Of a stretch of DNA of 64,000 nucleotides, positions 38,972-50,400 are shown one piece after another (the stretch's first letter is position 1; each line of letters starts with the position of its first letter). The notes below the pieces were generated by a model, which saw only the letters and a program-made list of their open reading frames with translations, was not told the origin of the DNA and did no database searches. The stretch is from Chloropicon primus (taxonomy: Eukaryota): assembly GCA_023205875.1 (NCBI GenBank), contig CP060756.1, forward strand, positions 62,001-126,000, read 5' to 3'. The position numbers were made by a program, and so were the translations under genes.

Positions 38972-40309
38972 GACTCAGAGATCGCGTTTCATGAGCGTGT
39001 TGTGTGTTTGTTTGTGTCTGACGAGTTTTTCTCTCGACTGTTCCCGCAGACTATCGTCGCCCAGTACACGGGCCACGCCCTGCTTCAGCGGCTGGTGTTC
39101 GTGGCGAAGAAGGCTGCCGAGAAGAAGGATGAGACGCTGGAGCTCGAGGCTTTGAAGGTTGCCTGCGATGAGTCGAAGAAGGGGGAGCACACGTCCCTTC
39201 ACAAGGAAGTGACGGAGCTGATGCGTGGCAGGTGCGGTCCGGAGTACGACTGCGACGCGGCCTGGGTGGATCAGGTCGACAGGCGCACCGCGCAGAAGCA
39301 GGACAAGTTGGAGTCGGAGCTGAATGGTTACAAGGCGAACCTGATCAAGGAGTCGATCAGGATGGGTCACACCTTCTTGGGGGAGTTCTTTTACGAGAAG
39401 GGCGACCTCAACGCGGCCCTTAAGTGCTACATCAGGACCAGAGACTATTGCACGACGAGCAAGCACGTTGTGACCATGTGTCTTAACGTGATCAAGGTTT
39501 CGCTCGAGTTGGAGAACTACCTTCACGTTCTGAACTATGTGCAAAAGGGGGAGCAAAACCCGGGTGTCCAGCAGGATGCGAAGACCATGGATAAGCTCAA
39601 GTGCGCCGCGGGCCTGGCGAACTTGGCGAACGGGAAGTACAAGATTGCTGCCAGAAACTTCTTGGAAGTGAGCGCGGAGTTAGACAACAACTACTCGGAC
39701 GTGATCGCTCCTCAGGACGTCGCGACCTACGGAGCCTTCTGCGCGCTTGCGTCCTTCGACAGGTCTGAGCTGAAGCAGAAGCTGATCGACAGCGTCTCGT
39801 TCCGAAACTTGCTGGAGCTCGTGCCGGAGGTCAGGGAGGTGGTGTACGACTTTTACGCCAGCAGGTACGCCTCGTGTCTGAAAATGCTGACGGGTCTGAA
39901 GAAGTACCTGGAGTACGACATCTACTTGCACAAGCACATCGAGGAGCTTGGGAACCAGATCAGGGAGAAGGCCATCGTCCAGTACACGATTCCGTTCACC
40001 TCGGTAGTGCTGCAGAACATGGCCACCGCTTTCAACGTGGATGTGGACTCCCTGGAGAAGGAAATTGCTGATCTGATTGCTAACGGGCAGATCCACGCCA
40101 AGGTGGACAGCCACAACAAAATTCTGTACTCCCGCGGCACGGACCAGAGGGACACCACCTTCGAGCGGGTGAAGAAGACGGGAAGCGATTACCAGAGGGA
40201 CTCGGAGCACGTCCTCCTAAGGGCGAGACTGCTGGAGTACCAGTTAGTGCAGACGTCCGGAAGCTCGAAGGCCGCTGCAGCTATGTCGCTGGAACTAGAC
40301 GAAAAGTGA
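38757..40309 (+). CDS. CSN1: COP9 signalosome subunit 1 (intron 38841-39049)
   Basis: NLIKESIRMG, RTRDYCTT, YGAFCALASFDR, C-terminal PCI domain. Confidence 0.93.
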
Positions 40310-40409
40310 AACAAGGGGGGGGGGGGGCAAAGCACCTGAAGGTGGGTCTTTTGATATGTACTATAATAATAACTCTATCAAGTTTACAATTGGACGACGT
40401 ACGGCGGCG

Positions 40410-41702
40410 TCACGCGGGGAGTTTCGTCGGATCGATGATCAGATGTCGGATATTGTGGCGCTTCCAAGTGTAAGTGACGTGGACAAGCTCGTCGTCGGAT
40501 TGAATGATCGACGGGTAGCTGAATTCGACGTTCCTCTTTGAGCTCTCCAGCGTCGTGACCTCTTGCCACGAATCGCCGTCGTCTTGCGAAACGGCAAGGG
40601 AAATGATCTGCCTTCCAGCAAAACCACCCTTCTTGAAGGAGTGGTTGTAGATCAAAACAACCCTTCCGTCCTTGAGCTTCACGGCATCCAGGCCAGAGTT
40701 GGGGCAGGGGATCGTCGTGAGCTGGGGTTTACCGAACTCCCTTCCCGTGCTGTCCGACTTGGCACTGACCATGTAGGTCGATCTGGACCTCGCAACCATT
40801 CTCACCCTCTCCGAATCATCGATCCAAACCGACGGCTGTATGATGCGTCCGTTGAATTCTATGGGCCCCCACGCTTTCCAAGTCTTCCCCCCATCAGTCG
40901 ACTCCTCCATCATGCAGCTCCAGACTCGGTTCCTCTTCTCCCTCGAGCTCGGCGCGATGATGGTGCCGTCCGAGAGCTGGATGGGCTTGTTCTTCGCGGG
41001 GCCTATGATGCCTGCTCCCAGGTGCTCCGGCTCCGACCAAGTCACCCCCTCGTCCAAACTCCTCTTGACGTACCCCTTCCAAGTCTGAGGGTTCCTCCCC
41101 GTCTTGTAGAAGAGCAAGACTTCGTTCCCCTTGGTCCTGAACAGCACGGGATTCCAGGTCGGCACGCCGTTCGTTGGCTTGACGAGCTCGACGGGCTCCG
41201 TCCAGTTGCTCTGGTAATCCTCGAGCCTGGACAGGAATATCCCAACATCGTCCTTTCCCTCGAACTTCCCCGCAAACCACGCGGCCAGGAGAGCCCCGCC
41301 CTCGACCTCCACAATGGTGGAAGCGTGATGCGATGGTTTCGGCCGCTTCCTCCTGTCGGGCATCACGAACTTCCTGGCCACGATGGACTCGTGGAGATCG
41401 ATCTCCTCGCCGTGGTGGACACCTGTGGGAACACCTGCCTTTGCCTCCTCCTCGGAGGTGGTCACCTTGTGGGACTCTCCTTGCCAGCCAATCAGGTTGA
41501 GGTCGCTCTTGTTGTTCTTGTGGGTCGCTCTAGCCGCCCTTGCGACGTCACTCGCGACGAGGAGGAGAACGACGAGGAGGGAGACCCAAAGACTCGCATC
41601 TTGCGCACCCCCTTGCCTTCTCCGTCCCCCTGCTTGGACCATCCTACCACCGCAGCCTGCGACGGCGAGGGGATCTGATGAATCAAGATTGTCGATCATC
41701 AT
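40410..41702 (-). CDS. BNR-repeat sialidase-fold protein, secreted or membrane-anchored
   Basis: HASTIVE, WNPVLF, Asp-boxes SLDEGVTW / STDGGKTW / SQDDGDSW, SYPSII; N-terminal hydrophobic segment. Confidence 0.85.
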   Translation of the reverse strand: MMIDNLDSSDPLAVAGCGGRMVQAGGRRRQGGAQDASLWVSLLVVLLLVASDVARAARATHKNNKSDLNLIGWQGESHKVTTSEEEAKAGVPTGVHHGEEIDLHESIVARKFVMPDRRKRPKPSHHASTIVEVEGGALLAAWFAGKFEGKDDVGIFLSRLEDYQSNWTEPVELVKPTNGVPTWNPVLFRTKGNEVLLFYKTGRNPQTWKGYVKRSLDEGVTWSEPEHLGAGIIGPAKNKPIQLSDGTIIAPSSREKRNRVWSCMMEESTDGGKTWKAWGPIEFNGRIIQPSVWIDDSERVRMVARSRSTYMVSAKSDSTGREFGKPQLTTIPCPNSGLDAVKLKDGRVVLIYNHSFKKGGFAGRQIISLAVSQDDGDSWQEVTTLESSKRNVEFSYPSIIQSDDELVHVTYTWKRHNIRHLIIDPTKLPA

Positions 41703-41777
41703 GGGATGGCAGTGATGATCGACAGAGAAGAGAGAAGAGCATGTGCTTCCAATGGTTTAAGACTCTGGTTTCTTTCT

Positions 41778-43796
41778 CTACTTCTTTTCGTGGACGGGCG
41801 CTGGCCCCACCCCTGACTGGTGGTGGTAGTGCCCGAGGTCCTCCAGGAAGTCTGGGAACTCGCCGATGGCACCCACCCTCATGTCCGGCCTCACCATGAC
41901 TCCCGCCAAGCAGTCATCGCTCCCAAAGTACTCGAGCATGAACTGGGACTTGGCGTCCACAACGTGCACCGGGTCACGAATCAGCTGGTAGTCCAGGCCG
42001 TCCATGTGGGCAATCTTGGACGTCGTGTGGAGGATGTAGAACTCGCACTGGAGAACGAATTCTTTGCCGAGCATGAACTCGACGCTGTGCTGGATCTTGT
42101 CCCAGGTCATCTTCTCCACGCTGGGCCGTGGGCTTTTGACGGCCTTCTCCCCGCAATTTTCCTTCTCGGCTGACTCCCCCAGGCTGAAGGACATGCCGGA
42201 GTGCGAGGGCTCCGAGTCGTTGTAGGGCGAGTCCATCTTCACCGGCCAATCGGAGCAGAAGCAGAAAATCTTGTGCTTGTTCGAGGACGTCAAAATCTCA
42301 CCCAGGGTGGTCTTCTTCATCGTGTTCGTCAGGAAGAGCTCCCTCACGTTCGGGGCGATCTCGCCCGCCTTGACCAGGTACTTTTGCTCCCTGTTCGACC
42401 GCACGATCAGCCGTGACTCTGGGTACGTCGCGAAGAGGCCACAGTCGTTGTGCGCGTAACGGATCGGGCTCAGCTTCCCCTGCATGAGGTCCGAGAAGTA
42501 CCCCGCGATGCTCTTGCGCACCGCCTCCGCACGGGGCTTCCTCTCCTCCTCGTAGCTCGCCAAGACTCCGTCCTCGCCTTCCCTCAAGCCAAGCTTCACC
42601 GCCATCGAGAGCTTCCAGGACAAGTTGTCGGCGTCCTCCAGCGCGGCGTTCATGGGGAGAATGCCGACCGGGGGGTGGGCGTGGGCAGCCTCCCCGACGA
42701 GGAAAACCCTTCCGGACGCCCAAAACGCCGAGGAGATGAAGTGGTTCATTCTGTAGTACCTGGACCACTTGGGATCAGCCAGCTCGGTGCCCTTGGGCAG
42801 CTTGGGCTTGAGCTGCTTCTGCAGCAGGCTCAGGGGCGGTGGCTCCATGCATTCCATGTTGCTGCCCCACATGGTGAACGGGGCGTTGACGCTGAGCCTG
42901 TAGAGGGAGTTGTCGCTCCCGGGCACCGGCATGGCCGCCCCCCCTCCGATGGTGGGCCCGAAGCCGTTGAGGGACTTTTGCTCCAGCCGGTAGGACTTGC
43001 GCTCCAGCCCCCACTTGACCTGGCACTCGCACATCATGTGGAGCATCACGCCCTTGTGCTCCTTCCACTCGTACCCCTCGATGCGGTCGCCGTTGAAGCA
43101 GGTCTCGCGGACTTTCGAGGACCTCCCGTCGCACCCCACCACGTACTTGCACCGCACCTGCATCGATGCAGTGGGGGAGGACACCAGGGCGGTCGCGCCA
43201 CCAGCCTCCCCGTCCCCCGCCAAGCCCTCGAACGCGTGGTTCCACAGCACCTTGACGAATCTGCTGGACCGGATGCGCTCCAGGATCTGGTCCTCAATGA
43301 ACGACTGGCTCAGGCTCAGGTAAGCGAACTCGTCCCCGGCGTAGTTCTTCCTGCCCTCGACCTCGGCCTTGAGCCAGCCGAGAGAGTTCGAGTTCGCGCC
43401 GGAGGACGCGGCGACGCCCTGCTGCACCTTGCCGTTCGTGATCAGCGCGGGGCTCGAAAGGGCCTCAAAGTCCGGCTCCCTGGAGCTGCTCGGGTCCCCG
43501 CTCAGGGACTTGTAGAGCCCCATCCTTCGTGCCCAGAGCACGTTGGTTGGGGTGAGGAGGGTGCCCCCTCCCTGGAATGCCGAGCGCTTGGCCTCCTCGC
43601 TCGGGTGGGCGTCGACAAGCGCGACCCTGACCTGGTCCCTGGAGAGCTGCAGGGCCGTGGCGAGGCCCGCGAGGCCCGCGCCGACGACAAGGACGTCGCA
43701 GGTGAAGCCATTCCCAGAGGTGTCCTCCCACCACGAGGCCACGTTGTTGTTGTCCACAGACCTCGCCGTCCGCGCAGTCGACTTGCCGCTCTCCAT
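41778..43796 (-). CDS. FAD-dependent monooxygenase (PheA/TfdB-like)
   Basis: VVGAGLAG, YVVGCDG, VFLVGEAAH, DADNLSWKL, YEEER. Confidence 0.85.
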   Translation of the reverse strand: MESGKSTARTARSVDNNNVASWWEDTSGNGFTCDVLVVGAGLAGLATALQLSRDQVRVALVDAHPSEEAKRSAFQGGGTLLTPTNVLWARRMGLYKSLSGDPSSSREPDFEALSSPALITNGKVQQGVAASSGANSNSLGWLKAEVEGRKNYAGDEFAYLSLSQSFIEDQILERIRSSRFVKVLWNHAFEGLAGDGEAGGATALVSSPTASMQVRCKYVVGCDGRSSKVRETCFNGDRIEGYEWKEHKGVMLHMMCECQVKWGLERKSYRLEQKSLNGFGPTIGGGAAMPVPGSDNSLYRLSVNAPFTMWGSNMECMEPPPLSLLQKQLKPKLPKGTELADPKWSRYYRMNHFISSAFWASGRVFLVGEAAHAHPPVGILPMNAALEDADNLSWKLSMAVKLGLREGEDGVLASYEEERKPRAEAVRKSIAGYFSDLMQGKLSPIRYAHNDCGLFATYPESRLIVRSNREQKYLVKAGEIAPNVRELFLTNTMKKTTLGEILTSSNKHKIFCFCSDWPVKMDSPYNDSEPSHSGMSFSLGESAEKENCGEKAVKSPRPSVEKMTWDKIQHSVEFMLGKEFVLQCEFYILHTTSKIAHMDGLDYQLIRDPVHVVDAKSQFMLEYFGSDDCLAGVMVRPDMRVGAIGEFPDFLEDLGHYHHQSGVGPAPVHEKK

Positions 43797-44006
43797 CGAT
43801 GACCTGGACGAGTCTGACGAGTCTGCGGGCGAACGAGAGGCCGGACGCGTCCTACGAGTCTAACTTTGGTGGCGCGGTGTGTGTTCGCGCTCGTGCTCGT
43901 GTGCTCGCGTGCTCGTGTGCTCGTCGTCAAAAGCGTTACTTTTTTGATATTGATATATTTTAGGGTTAGCGGGAGCCTAAAGGAGGAGAGGCGGGCTTTC
44001 CGCGAA

Positions 44007-44180
44007 TGGGGGATGGGTTTGGAACAAGGGGACTTGTTCTTCTGCAGCTATCGGAGGTCACCTTGATGTTCTCAAGTGGTTACGAAGCCAGAACCCGCCT
44101 TGTGATTGAAGCGAGGGGACTTGTTCTTCAGCAGCTCAAGGAAGTCACCTTGGTGTTCTGAAGTGGGCTCGAGGACAGAA
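44007..44180 (+). pseudogene. Degenerate ankyrin-repeat fragment
   Basis: WNKGTCSSAAIGGHLDVLKWLRSQNPPCD*SEGTCSSAAQGSHLGVLKWARGQ, with TGA where Trp is expected. Confidence 0.75.
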
Positions 44181-44191
44181 GGGTGGTGCCG

Positions 44192-44470
44192 AGGGGAACC
44201 GCCTGGCCGTGCAAAAGACGGACGAGCTGTGGGGTCTCAGGCTGACGATGCAGCGGATAAGGGAGTTGGTCAGCGCGAAGAAGGTCGCGGAAGGACCCGC
44301 GACGGACCAAGTCGGGAACTCTTCCGTTCAGTCCGACGTCTGCAAGCTGTGAGCAGCAGTAGAAGCTTGGATTATAAGTCATCGTAACGACAGACAACGG
44401 TGTGTATGACGGTGTGTTCATTCATTCATTCATTCATTCATTCATTCATTGGCCCTTGTCAAGCAATCCT
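44192..44470 (+). repeat. Internally deleted duplicate of the bZIP gene 3' end and 3'UTR
   Basis: 44192-44217 matches 45308-45333; 44221 to about 44470 is near-identical to 45475 to about 45700. Confidence 0.9.
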
Positions 44471-44739
44471 TCCTCCCTATAATCTGATCCCTTGGTTCGC
44501 CGCGGTCTCGGACTTCAGAGCCTCTAGAATTCGAGGGAGGAAGAGCCCTCTAATCTAAAAAAAAAATGTCAACATAGAGGGGAACTAGCGACGGCAACTA
44601 GCGACGGCGACGGCGACGGCGACTTGTGGCGACCCTACCTCCTTCCATTGTTGCGTACCTCGACCTCGAACCCTGGCCTGGCATCATCTCACAGCACCGC
44701 ACCGCAGCATCCAGGGAAGGAGAAAGAGATTCAAAGGCC

Positions 44740-44864
44740 ATGGAAGACCACCTGAACGCAGCCAGGAGCATGGAGAACCAAACACCAGAGTTCTGCGCCT
44801 TCTGCAGCGAGGTGTTCTGTAAGTGACAACCCCGGAGACGCACGTGCGCAACACGGAACGCTGA

Positions 44865-44931
<67 letters not shown>

Positions 44932-44983
44932 CTTGCTTCTTTCCATCGGATCGGATCTCTTTCTCTTTCTCTTTCTCTCATTC

Positions 44984-45014
<31 letters not shown>

Positions 45015-45606
45015 AGGCCACCTGCCGGACGCCCACGGGAACTACTGCGGGAACTGCTGCGCGCTCCAAAAGGATGAGGTCAAAGAGGAAGTCGACCTGG
45101 ACACGGGGCTGGCCACCTGCGGCGGGTTGGGCGCTTTCCAGGCGACTCTGAACGGTGCAGCGGGCATAACCCAAACAGCGGGCAAGGTGATCCCGGTGAC
45201 CTCGGAGTGCCCCGCCGTGGTGCAGCACGAGCACGAGACGTTCTTCGAGGGAGGGGTCGAGTACAAGAAGTGCACCCAAGTCCGCAAGGTTCAGTCCAAG
45301 TGCAAGAAGGGGAACCGCCTGGCCGTGCAAAAGTACAGGCAGAAGAAGAAGAACGAGTTTGAGATGCTGAAGAAGGAGAACGCCGAGCTCAAGGCCAAGG
45401 TGGCGAAGCTCGAGAGCATTGTCAAGTACTGCCGCGGCGGGGACCCCAACAACGAGACAACGGCGAGTCAGGCTGACGAGCTGTGGGGTCTCAGGCTGAC
45501 GATGCAGCGGATAAGGGAGCTAGTCAGCGCGAAGAAGGTCGCGGAAGGACCCGCGACGGACCAAGTCGGGAACTCTTCCGTTCAGTCCGACGTCTGCAAG
45601 CTGTGA
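44740..45606 (+). CDS. bZIP transcription factor, group F-like (intron 44819-45016)
   Basis: GNRLAVQKYRQKKK basic region plus leucine zipper; Cys/His-rich N-terminus. Confidence 0.75.
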
Positions 45607-45703
45607 GCAGCAGAAGAAGCTTGAATTATAAGTCATCGTAACGACAGACGACAGTGTGTATTGTATATCATTCATTCATTTGGCCCTTGTCAGCAATCAT
45701 TCC

Positions 45704-45906
45704 TCATCCCGATTTTTTGTTCGCCTCGGCGGCCTTCCTCTTTTCCCACGAAGGGACAAAGCAATCCTTGTCCGAGGACTTGCAGGGGTTGAACCACATG
45801 TCGCCATCCACCCAGCCGACAATGTCCGCGGGCTTTAGCTTAGCTGTAACGTGGACCTTCTTCTTGGGCCTGTAGAACGTGTAGTGGTCGTTCGTCAGTT
45901 GTTTCT

Positions 45907-45947
<41 letters not shown>

Positions 45948-46773
45948 AGAGAGAGAAGTCAGCACGTCATCCCGCCAGTTGCTTGGTCAGCCGCACACAG
46001 AGCCTTCGCCCTCTTACCCTGAGTTTCCCCAGGCACTGGGGCTCCTTCTTCCTGTTCAAAACAATCTTGTCGCCCTGCATCGAGAACGGGATGGGGCCGC
46101 ACCAATCCAAACGAATCAGAGGTCGGTTGCCGTTGGCCTTGACCCAGATCTCCTTCTCCGCGTCATTGATGTCGAGGTAAATGTACTGCCTCACGTCCCC
46201 GAACGTTCTGCGCAGGCCCATCATGTTGCACAGCATCTTGAACTGGGGCATGTTGCACACCATGTCGATGGTCATTTTCGACTTGTACCCCCCGTGCACC
46301 GCGTCGAGCTTCTTCGCGGGCTTCTTCGCGGGCTTCTTCGCAGGCTTCTTCGCCGGAGGAGGTAGTTTGGGCTCCACCGACCTCACTCTGGGCGGGTCCA
46401 CGGCGACCTTCGGGATGATCTCCGGGATCGCAGTCGCGTTCCCCCCTCCCGTCGACGCGAGTGGGTCCAGGTCCAAGTCCAAGTCCCACGCCGAAGGGTC
46501 GAGGGTCCAGGTGTCCGGGACCACGAGCCTGGGGCCCGCCTCGATCGCGGTCGCAAGGCTCGTGGTGTTGTCGCTCGGCTCCGCTGTCGTGACATTCGCC
46601 GAAGCGATCGAGTCCACCACCTCGTCCACCACCTCGTCCAGCTTCTGCTGGACCTCGACGAGTTCGGTCAGGAAGTTCCTCACATCGATCGCGTCCGCTC
46701 GCCCGCCGTGGAACGACGAGGAGGCGGCGAGAGCAAAGAGCAGGACCACGAAACAGATCACCCTCGCGGCCAT
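45704..46773 (-). CDS. Secreted protein of unknown function (intron 45905-46017)
   Basis: Signal peptide, (KKPA)n linker, Cys-containing C-terminal domain; splice joins GKLR|KQLTND in frame. Confidence 0.65.
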
Positions 46774-47453
46774 GGTCACGCACTCACAACAAATCCAATC
46801 CAATCCGATCTCCCTCTCCAAACTCCGTCTCCAAAACCACCCCTCCTGTGGGAGTTAGCCCAACTCAACCTCGACAAGCTTACGCGCGGATCCCAATCCC
46901 AATCCCAATCCCAATCCTAATCCCAATCCAAACCTGAAAGCGTTCCGTGTTGCCCTACCGGTCCCGCCCTTCGATACAATGCGAGTGCTCTGAACTCGAT
47001 CGTCATTCGCCTTGCCATTGACCCCCCTGTCTCGGTCTCGTCGTCGATCCCTCCCGCGAACGCTTTCCCTCCGTCGCACGTTATTCATTATTCTATCTAA
47101 GACGTTATTCTATCGTATCGTTTCATGAGTGTACCCCGGGGGAGGAGGACGTTGGCTCGGCTCTGTCTTTGGAAGTCAAACCCAAAGGCGGTGCCTTGGA
47201 CAGCGGGCAAGACCACGAGTGAGTGACTGGTGACCGGGGGGAGAGTGAGAGAGACGGACGGAGCTTCAGGTTTCCTTGGTGAGAGTCTTACCGGGCTCGG
47301 ACAAGACGAGGAACAGTCGCCACAGTGTCCATACACACGAGTTATCAAAAAATAGAGAGAGACAAGAGAGAGACAAGAGAGAGAGAGAGAGAGACATACA
47401 TACATACATACATACATAGAGAGTCGGGGTCGGGTCGGGTCCTTGCTGGCGTG

Positions 47454-50400
47454 ATGGTGACCGCGGTGGACGTCGTGGAGGTCCGCGTCTGCGAGGCGGG
47501 GAACCTCGCGAAGATCAAGAAGGATGTGAGCTGGGAGAATTCGGGGAACTTTTTTGACTGCGTGGACTTGGAGCAGGCGTTGGACGACAGCGTGCTGTCG
47601 GTGTACGCCACGGACTCGAGCACCGGGCAGGTGGTGGGGTTCCTGGCTCTGGAGGTCAGCCCGAGCCAGGAGGACGTGGTGGAGAACGCCCCGAGGAGGG
47701 AGTGGATTGAGGGCGAGATGAAGACGCTGGGATACTCCAAGGGGTCGACCCTGTGGGTGAACGTGGCGTGCCTCTGCAGGAAGGGCGGGGACGTTCCCTT
47801 GAGGAGCATGCTCGCGTTCGCTTTCAACAAGTTCGCGCACGTGGACTCGATCGCCATGGCGGTCGTGGACAGGGACTACCTCCCGAACAAGGCCATCGGG
47901 GTGGGCATCCCAAAGATATCCAAAAACCTCGAGCTCAAGGTGAACCTGAGCTGCGTGGAGAGGAGCACCATCTGCCCCAAGCTGGTCGTCAGGCCGGCCA
48001 AGGTGGAGGACCACGACGACCTCGTCCCCGTCGTGGAGGAGATGAAGGCCAAGTTCCCGGACTTGTCTCAGCTCCCCGACTCGGTCAAGCCGGGGGAGAA
48101 GTTCGCCCTGGCACGCCTGATAGAGAACGACTCTTGGAGCGTCCTCGTGGCCACGGTGAAGGACAAGATCGTCGGAATGATGTGCCTGCAGGAGGTGGAG
48201 GACTTGCAGTACTACCAGGAGAACTTCGACTTGGAGATGTTTGACGACTTGGCCGAAGTGATCGAGGCGGAGCCGCAGCAGGCGGAGCCCAAGGAGGCCG
48301 AGGCCGCGACGGAGGGGGCCGACGGAGGCGAGGCCGGGGAGGCTTCCCCGGAAGGAGAGGGGGAAGGAGAGGGGGCCGAGGAGGGCCAGGAGGGGAGTGC
48401 TCAGGGCGAGGCGTCTCCCGCCAAGGAGGGGAGCGAGGAAGAGAAAGCCGAGGCGCAGGGAGCCGAGGGAGGCACGGAAGAGGACCAAGAAGCGGCCCAG
48501 GAGGCGAACGAGGAGGACGAGGACTTTGATTTCACCGGCGACGAGGAGGATGGGGAGGAGGAGAACGCGAACGTGGAGGAGGACGGGGAGGCGGCCCCAG
48601 AAGCCAAGAGGGAGTCTTTGGCCTTTGCGGTGAAGATGTTCTGCATGAAGGACGAGTACGCCAACCAGGCCATGGACTTCCTTCAGCCCGCTTTCGACAG
48701 CTTTCCGAACAAGGACTACTGCATAGTCTCGCTGTCCCACAACTCGAGGGTTCCAGACCTGCTCTCGTCCTTCTCCCAGGCCACTGCAGCCACCGAGAAG
48801 CTCTCTTCTGACGTCCTTTACGTGCTGCACAGGTACTCCCTGCTCACGGACTTTCAGACGGACAAGGCGGAGGCCGGGGACTACAACGAGATCCTGGACC
48901 TTCTCGGGGAGCTTGCGGAGGACAAGTCGATGCTGGAGAGCATCAACAAGGCTCTTGACACCGGCAACTTGATCAAGGCGACCTGCCAGGGTCAGATCGT
49001 GGGCGTGTGCTCGGTCGAGCCCAAGGTGAATCTTGCGGAGCTCATGACCAACTTCCAGCTCAGCGCGTTCTCTGAGACGCTCAAGTACCGGAATTACAAC
49101 TTGGGGGAGCTGACGACGTTCGTGATGAACCCCGTCTTCTCTTACCAGAAGAAGTTCTTCCTGAGCAACGTGATGAGGCTCGTCTCCAAGACCAGCCTGT
49201 GCTTCCTCCTCAGGGAGGGAAAACCGGTCGCCGATATCCTAGACGTCTTCTACCCGATCCAAAGGAGGACGGGCAAGGGAAATGGCGAGACGGACTACCT
49301 ATTGTTCTCCCTGAACCAGAGGGACGTTTACAAGGAGAAAGACCCCCTGAACGCCAGGGTGATTGTTGTGGGGGCGTCCAAGTGCGGCCTGTCCTGCTTG
49401 GAGTCCCTCCTCCAGAACCCGCAGTACCACTTCACGAACATGACCATGGTCACCGCGGACCAGGCGGTGACCAAGTTGGCCGGCGAGCACGCCTTCCTGT
49501 CGCAAGTCCGCCTGATCAGCTGCTCGGTCGTTGAGATCAACAGGGAAGAGAAGCAGGTCTTCCTCGAGGACGACACGGTCCTTTCCTACGACATTCTTGT
49601 ACTCACCTCGGGGGTGCAGGATCAGCTTGACTTTGGCATGGGCGAGGAGGCTCTTCCAGTGGTCACGGCCGCCGGCCTGAAGGATTACTTGAAGTCGAGC
49701 GAATCCAAGCCCGAGCACGCGATCGTGTACGGCGGGAGGGGGGAGGCCTTCGACGCCATGAGCGCCTTGGACGACGAGGGGGTCGAGTACACCTACGCCT
49801 CGCCGGAGACCTCGCTGAAGTCCGTGCTCGTGGAGCGGATCGCCGCCGAGGTGGAGATCGACAAGTTCCTGAGGAAGCCAACGAGGATGACCCTCCACAG
49901 CGTTTCCGCGGGGAGCGACAAATCTTTGGGCTGCTCTTTCGTGAACATGGACGGGAGCATCGTCAAGACGGAGACTTCGCTTCTCGTGCTGGCGCACACC
50001 CAGAACGTGAACTCCAACATCTTCGGCTGCCTGAACGACTCCTCCATTGTTTATGATGGCAGGCTGGTGGTGAACGGCAGCTTCTGCACCACGGACGAGT
50101 TCATCTTCGGCGGGGGAACCATGGCGAAGTTCTCCCGGTTGTACGGCGGTCTTCCCGTCGAGATGTTCAACTCGGAGGAGGTTGGCAAGATCTTGGCGGC
50201 CAACATCACGGCCAAGTGTGAGCAGGCCAACGGCACCAGGGAGCACGCCAAGGACCTGGCGGAGGTCCCCCAGTTCAAGGAGCCCGTGGGGTTCAGCTAC
50301 AGGTTGCCCCACAAGGGAACGAGCGTGACGTACATCTCGTACCCCCCCCTCAGCAACACGACCGTAGCCGTTCCCGAGGGAGGGAGACTCCTCAGGACCA

